Source: Eledone cirrhosa (lineage: Eukaryota). From it: 64,000 nt of DNA. Every line of letters starts with the position of its first letter. Position 1 is the stretch's first letter. The notes below the pieces were generated by a model. The model ran no database searches and was not told the origin of the DNA. It worked only from the letters and a program-made list of their open reading frames with translations. Location: positions 114,948,001-115,012,000 of the forward strand of contig OZ024743.1 in the NCBI GenBank assembly GCA_964016885.1, in the 5' to 3' direction. Made by a program: the position numbers and the translations under genes. This document shows positions 56,617-64,000 of this stretch, piece after piece.

Positions 56617-56930
56617 CTGGTTACAGTAGCCTCAATATTGTAGCTGCAGTAATCTCAGCAAGGTGGGCTTATTAACCTCAATCAATATGGTGCATATATT
56701 AAGAAAAACAAAAACATATAGTTAAGGTAACCTCAACAAGATGGTTACAGTAACCTTAATATGTTCGTTACAGTAACCTCGATATGGTGGTTGCAGTTAG
56801 CTCAATGAAATGCTTACAGTTACCCCGATAAGGTGGTTACAGTAAACTCAATATTTTGGTTACAATAACCTCACTAATGTGCTCACAGCAACCTCAATGA
56901 GCTGGATGCACTTACATTAACCTCAATAAG
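56617..56930. repeat. 23-bp minisatellite, about 11-12 diverged units
   Basis: Consensus near GTGGTTACAGTAACCTCAATAAG. Confidence 0.85.
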
Positions 56931-58059
56931 TTAACCAAACAGTGAAATGGTTGCAGTAGCCCCGTTTATGTTAGACATGCACATACATTATTCCCAAGCA
57001 AAAATTTAAAAAAAGAAAACAAGTAGAAGGAAACAACAATAGAATGGATAACAAAATTTAAGTTCCAATGGTTGACTAGAAAACAAACAAATGAAAACAG
57101 ATAGTGTTAAAAATAAACATTTAAATAGAAACGCAACGATAAAAACGAAAAATGACGTCTAAGGTTTAGCTTTTGCACTCAATGTAGACTCCAGAAATTC
57201 GCGGCATTAGTGGGTATAAGAAAGTGCTGAAAGCATAAGCGGGGTATGTCACAAAATGTAGTGAACTCTGGAGAAATACAGGTGGCATACCTCCTTTAAT
57301 GGTTAAATAGAACTCCATGTGTTGGAGGCATTGCATGCCTTGGTGAAGAAGTGTTGGAATATGTGCTCCACCAACGGTGCTAGAGAAATTTGAAGCAAGT
57401 TCTTTGTCTTTGAGGTCCTGCATAGGATGAGGTCTAAAGTCTGTCTTAAGCAGAAGGCTCATTTGGCCGGTGCTTATCCCGGTTTCATGGCGTGAAGGGA
57501 CTGAAAGTCATTGCAGGGTTAAGCTCCCAGCTATTGCTGGTAATCATTTTCAGCTGAGTATACTGGAGCAACGTGAAATGAAGTGTTTTGCACAAGAACA
57601 CAACACGCAACCCAGGAACCGAGCCCACGACATTATGATCGTATGTCCAACACCCTTATCACTAGTCCACGTGCCTACACTACATCGGATGAGGAGACAG
57701 ATAGAATTGTTGTAGTACACGCTTGGCGACAGGTTTCTGTTGCAATACACAGGGAAATAGAATAAAAATATCACGGCTGGATATATATGTTGGTAATAAC
57801 GTTGGTCTTTGGTTTGTAATCGACTTTCTTAAGCAAGATGAAGGTGACACTCAACAATTTGGGATCGGAGGAAACCCGTTCTTGATGACTCCCGGTGATA
57901 TCAAATTTGTCGAAGAGCTGAATTCATTAAAGGTGAGAAAAATATGTCAATCAGACCCATGGTGCAAAACCGAAGACTTAGTTGCTACACGTGCAAAGGC
58001 GAGACATAGGGGCTTTATGTTCAGAAGAAAAAGTAAAGGCTAAAGAAAAAAGAAGGTTG

Positions 58060-58075
58060 TTAGTAGCAGCAACAA

Positions 58076-58140
<65 letters not shown>

Positions 58141-58164
58141 TGTAGTAGTAGTAGTGTGTAGTGT

Positions 58165-58212
<48 letters not shown>

Positions 58213-58392
58213 TGTAGTAGTAGTAGTAGTAGTAACAGCAGCAGCAATATCATTAGTAGCAGCAATAGTAGAAAGAATAGTAGCAGTATTAGGAACAGCA
58301 ACAGCAACAATAACAGTAGCGTCAACAACAGGAACACCAATAGCAGTAGTAGCAGCAACAGCAGTAGGAACAACAACAGCAGCAACAATAGC
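58060..58392. repeat. (GTA)n/(GCA)n microsatellite
   Basis: Direct reading. Confidence 0.95.
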
Positions 58393-59303
58393 CTTCATAG
58401 GAAATGATAGGCAGTAAATGCTGAGTGGACACAGGAGATGACGAATATTAAATACTGAAGGACGACAGGAGAGAATAAATTGTAAGGGGATGGGATCGGA
58501 AAGCGCCGGGTAGTTTACAAATAAAAAGACAAAAACAACAAAACAAATATATATAATTGTTTCTACTTTAGGCACAAGGCCAGCAATTACCCAGTGCATT
58601 ACTGGTACTTTATTTTATCGACCCCGTAAGGATGAAAGGCAAAGTCAACCTCGGCGGGATTTGAACTCAGATTGTAAAGGGACATAACTATGCTGGAAAA
58701 ATATATATAATATATATAAATTTGTTTTACGACAAATATATATAATATATATAAATTTGGGCAAATATATATAATATATATAAATTTGTTTTACGAAGGT
58801 AAATGTGTCTGCACAGGTAGGCATGGGTTTTATGTTGCTGTAAATAAGGACTCTGAGATAAAAGATAAGTGTTCTGATGTATAATATTTCCCAATTTAAG
58901 GGGAGAGGACTGTCTATTATATCGGCCCCAGTAATTTATGTTATCCACTCTGGAATGATGAAAGGTAAAGATAACCCCCGGCTATAGTTGAGGTCATAAC
59001 GTAAAGGGTCGTACGATGCTCTACCGACACTGACAATCCACCGCTTTTGATCTGAAGCATAATAAAGCGCATGTGTTGTTTGGTGAGACTGTCAGACGTA
59101 TAAAATTGTTATGGGTACCTATATGTGCATCAGATCCTAATACAAAGAGTGACACACTGGCAGACTCGCGAGGATGTCTGACCTAACTTAGCTGATGTTT
59201 TTAATCCCCCAATCGTTGGGTAAATCTATTTGTTTCATTATATCTTTAAATTAATTTCCTTAAAATTCTCTATATAAGTGTATATATATATGTATTATAT
59301 ATA

Positions 59304-59381
<78 letters not shown>

Positions 59382-59979
59382 TGTGTGTGACTGTGTGTGC
59401 GTTTATGTATACATAATCGTTTTCTTTTTGTCCTTATTACGTGCAATTAAATATTTTCAAGGCATATCCTAATATAATATATAATTTCTTTGCCCTCACT
59501 TTATACATAACTTTCGAGTATGTTTTTGAATTCACTTTTAACGAGTATATTTTATGTACGAATGTGTGGGCTCTGGTGACCACATAAGGTGTGTCGGACA
59601 AAATGCGTCGATGTATTTGTTCTGTCTCCCAGGGTAAAATTTCGTGGTTAATATAATATTGTACAAGTAAAGTACTAAGGTCAGTATATTCGACATTCCT
59701 GTCCCCATAAATTGCTGGTCTTGTGCTTAAATTAAAAATCATTATTAAAAGGGCCGTTGATTGACTGAATCCTTAACGCGACGGAAAGAAATACCTTGTG
59801 CTATTTAGTCTCAGCTCTTTGCCTTCTGAATCTCAATCCGATCTAGAACAACGTTGCTTTCATCGTTCAGCTTTCGATGACATAAAATAAGTATTAGGCT
59901 TAACTGATTCCACTTCCGTCAACCAAAAAGTTGTTCAATTGACATAAAAATGCATTGGTTAAAATATTTCCCATTAATG

Positions 59980-61055
59980 GATTGGCACTATCGGTAGAGC
60001 GCCGGACACAATGCCGTGCGGCATAGATTATGGCGCTTTATGTTTGCCTTTTTATCCTTACGGGATCGATAAATAAAGTACCAGTAATGCACTGGGAATA
60101 TTGCTGGCCTTGCGCGAAAAGTGGAAACAATTATTTGTTCTTGAAAAAGGCGGTGGATTGCAGTATCGGTAGAGGGTTAGACACCATGCTTTTCAGCATA
60201 GAGTTACGCGCCTTTACGGTCTGAGTTCAAATCCCGCCGAGGTTAGCTTTGTCTTTCATCGTTATGGGGTCGATTAAATAAAACGCCATTAATACACTGG
60301 GGTCGATTTAATCGACCTTCCCCTCCCTCAGAATTGTTGGCCTTGTACTTAAACCAGAAACCATTAATTAGTTACAAGTTATAGCGATTTGAGTTCAAAT
60401 ATCATCGGGGTCAAATTTGTTCTTCATCCTTTCACTATCAATAAAATATAGTACCAGTCAAATGCTAGATTCGTGTTTGCCTACACTAAATCGCTGGCAT
60501 TGTGGCTAAATTAGAAACTATTATAATGGACTCAGGATCGGCAGAAACGGTTGAGCGTCGGACAGAATGCTTTGCATCATTTTATTACAGTCCTTTATGT
60601 TTAAAATTCAAATTCCACCGAGTTCAACTTTGACTTTCATCTTTCCGGGGTCGATATAATACAATACCAGTTACGTACTTGGGTAGATATAATCAATTTT
60701 CCCATTTGCCCAAATTGTTGGCTTAGTGCAAATGCTAGAAATAATTAGTTGTCTACAACAGAGGACGGTGGATTAGTAGTATCGGTAGAACACCGGACAA
60801 AATATTTTTCAGCAGTTTGCTAAGACTTTCTACGTTCAAATCCTGCTGAGGTCAATTTGCCTTTCCTCCTTATGATATCGATAAAATAAAGTAAAGTAAC
60901 AATTAAGTATACTTGATATAATCGGTGGTCACCTCATCCAAATTACTGGTCTTGGGACTATATTTGAAATCATTTTACAGGGTTGATAAAATAAAGTACC
61001 AGTAATGCACTGGTTAATTACTGGCCTTGTGCCAAAAGTAGAAAGAAATTATTTG
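59980..61055 (+). mobile_element. Head-to-tail array of about 6 SINE copies
   Basis: Same family as 5760-7270, mixed long and short subfamilies. Confidence 0.88.
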
Positions 61056-62456
61056 TTTACGATTGGTAAGCATATACAAAGCGGTCATCTAGCTACATAA
61101 TAATGTTACAAGATAGTGTCAATATCGAAAACACATGCTTTAAATTTTAAATCCAACAACATGGTGAAATCGTGAGTGATCCTGCCGAGAAAGCTTAGTG
61201 GCTTATGAGTTTCCAATCGGTATAGAATATCACATACCTGTGTGTTATATTCATATCGGATAAAAATACAAATAAAACAAAAAAATAAAAAATTGAAATC
61301 TGTAAGACTTTTTATATGGACTGCCAGATGTGTTACAAAATTTGTATACCTTATGGAATAGAGTTCTTTACAATTATATCTCATTTTCTTTCTAATGAAC
61401 GGTCCTCCCCGCAAGAAAAGATCAGTTACTATGAGTAAATCGAAATTGAACTGTAATTTATAAAATAAAGGATTTTATATGAATTATGACACTTGCTTTA
61501 GAATTATATTATTTACCATATAGAATTATATTTATTTACCATTTCACAAAACTGATAACACAAGGCATGGCTGATTTCTTGACAAATTATGTTATAATAA
61601 AAGAAATATCTTAAGGATATAAAATCATATAACTGGGTAAAATGGTTCAAGAAATAAAAACAAATCTGAAAAGAAACAAAGGAAAATAATATGAAAAATA
61701 AGTCTTTCTTCCTCTTTCTCTCATGTCACTATATATTGCAATAATACACATTAATGTTTTTATTATTAGTGGTAGAATCAGTAGAGGGTCGGACGCCATG
61801 CTTTGCAGCATAGAGTTACGGCCCTTTATGTTCTGAGTTGCCTTTAATCCTTACGAGGTCGATAAAATAAAGCACCAGTAATGCACTTCGGTGGATTTAA
61901 TCGCTTTCCTCCTCCCTAAATTTTTTGGCCTTGTGCCAAAAAGTAGAAACGGGGGTTGATAAAATAAAGTACCAGTAATGCACTGGAATAATTGCTGGCC
62001 TTGTGCCAAAAGTAGAAACAATAATTATGTATCATTGCATTTCTTAAATTTCCATCTTGATTATAGGATTATGTACCAGAGATTGTTGTCTTTAGATGTG
62101 AAATGCAGGTAATATTGATTGTTAATGCTTCTTTTATATTAATTTCATTTAATGTTTACATTGGGTTGACAACTCTAGTCATAATCAAATGTTTTCTTCC
62201 AGGAAAAATGCCTGTAACTTGTGATTTATGTTTTATGAATGTATGTATGGAGCGGTGTGTCATAGGGGCGCAGTGGTAACGTACTTGGACACTTTAAATT
62301 TGGGTCTTATGTTGCATGTGTATTTATCCATAACTCATCATGGTGTCATAGAGGCGCCCTCGTCACGTGTCTTGTTCTCCATAAACCTGGTGGATGCAAT
62401 CCTTTTCCAGGTCATAACATAGCCGAATTCTTCCGGATGAAGGAGAAAAAGTGAGG

Positions 62457-62556
<100 letters not shown>

Positions 62557-63361
62557 AAAATAGACCCCAGAATTAGACAATTATTATTTCTTTGGACGAA
62601 GATGAAATGCTAAGTTACCCACGACGGGATTTCACTTCGAAGCGCAGATAGCCAGAACGAAAACCGCAAATCATTTTGTTTGACGTTCTAACGATGCTGC
62701 CAATTCGCTACATACTAAATAAAGAACAAGAATGTTCTAATAAACTACCTAGCAATGCCAAATGAATATAGGGCTGTGCACATTCAAGCAGCAGTAAAGT
62801 TAAGTAATTACTGATAGCGTACAAAATACAAAATTACAGACAGCGTACAAAAAACATTAACATTTATCATTCCATTTCTAATTTGTACAACTAGAATCTT
62901 GTACAACGATTTACAACACATGCAGCAAAATGTCAAACGTCTTGTAGAATAAATTATGGCATTCTTTCCGTTGTCCTGCACACTTTGAATTGAAATCTAG
63001 CTGAGGTAAAATTTGCCTTTCATCCTTTCAAGGTCGATAAAGATTATATATATAAAAAAAGTACCAGTTCAATTCTACCTCTGTATATCTTTCTTATTTA
63101 CCCACTCTCACACACTCTCTCTCTATTATTCTCTGGTAGAAATCAACTGAAGAGGGGATGATATCCTCCAGATTTGAAATACTTATAGCACGGTGAATGT
63201 AACAACAACGCATTAAAGAGTTATGGGTACATACATATATCTGCAACACTCCTATATGCACAAATCTAAATGTTGTGTTTTTATCACTTATTGATCATTT
63301 CCCATCATAAATCAATCGATATGAATAATAATCCGTTCACAGAAATAATACATATATATAT

Positions 63362-63552
63362 AATCATCATCTGGACATGCTTATTCCGTGGACCTCCAGT
63401 CTGTTCCGTCTGCCATTGCTCTTGGTAGATCTTCTTGTGTGTTCTCAAAATCCTCGCACAATTGCCTTATGTAGATTCGACGTGATCTCCCAATATTTGC
63501 ATACCCATGCTTCGTTTCCCGAAGAAGAATGTCTCTGATGATCTCATCCTTT
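63362..63552 (-). mobile_element. RTE-type LINE 3' end
   Basis: KDEIIRDILLRETKHGYANIGRSRRIYIRQLCED...EDLPRAMADGTDWR followed by (GAT)n. Confidence 0.75.
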
Positions 63553-64000
63553 ATAAAATATACCGATATTTTGCTTAACTGATTTATGGTGTTTAGTGTT
63601 GGGACATTGAAGATAGATATGTTGAAACACGTTTTTTACATTTTGAAAGTTTTGATTCTTTTAGTTAAACTTCGTTGCTGACATTTGGAAGACTGTAGCA
63701 GGAGATTTTCCTTGTTGACCAGTTGACCAACGCGAGGTACAGTGCGTTTTGAGCGTCTGGTGTAAGAAAGGGTCATGATTTTTTATCGTTAGCTGCATCT
63801 TCCCTCTACAGGCACCACATGTTGCAGCAGTTGTCTTACTGAACTGGCCCGAGCCGTTGACATCGTAAGTTCTTCCACTCAGCGAGTTGTGTTTTCACTG
63901 TTGGTAGATAGCAGCTCTTGCGCCGAAACAAACACATCCATCCATGGCTTCACTGTGAACCTGGATCGAGGCTATTTCATCATTGAGGTTTACTCCTATA

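Noticed and set aside
56617-56930. Palindromic repeats as a CRISPR array
   Set aside because: Linkers are about 10 nt and similar to each other, there are no unique spacers or cas genes, and the context is eukaryotic.
57170-58040. Possible CR1/L2-like relic
   Set aside because: Similarity too faint to support without a profile search.
63143-63195. CTGAAGA hairpin GAAA motif sharing short words with 43950-44090
   Set aside because: Stems I and III cannot be formed convincingly.

Overview
AT-rich, microsatellite-laden animal DNA. The SINE content and (TA)n load suggest a cephalopod such as octopus (inference). The only host gene I can support is the 3' part of an anion-selective Cys-loop ligand-gated ion channel subunit (GlyR/GluCl-like, + strand). 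Three exons splice in frame: 11425-11556, 43135-43508 and 50647-50817. The rest is mostly transposable elements: a full-length RTE LINE, an RNase H LINE, R4/Dong, Tx1-like and further RTE fragments, mariners, a hAT MITE, tandem SINE arrays and several Penelope-like elements (PLEs). The most striking hidden layer is RNA structure. By eye I find about 15 type I hammerhead ribozyme motifs from roughly 9-10 sequence families, some intact and many decayed, plus an HDV-like ribozyme at the 5' end of the RTE. The hammerheads sit in PLE pseudo-LTRs, in short fold-back insertions inside (TA)n tracts, and in a 428-bp tandem, circularly permuted retrozyme-like unit. Most lie in the 31.6-kb intron of the channel gene. 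All folds and alignments were done manually, repeat boundaries are approximate and no activity is demonstrated.
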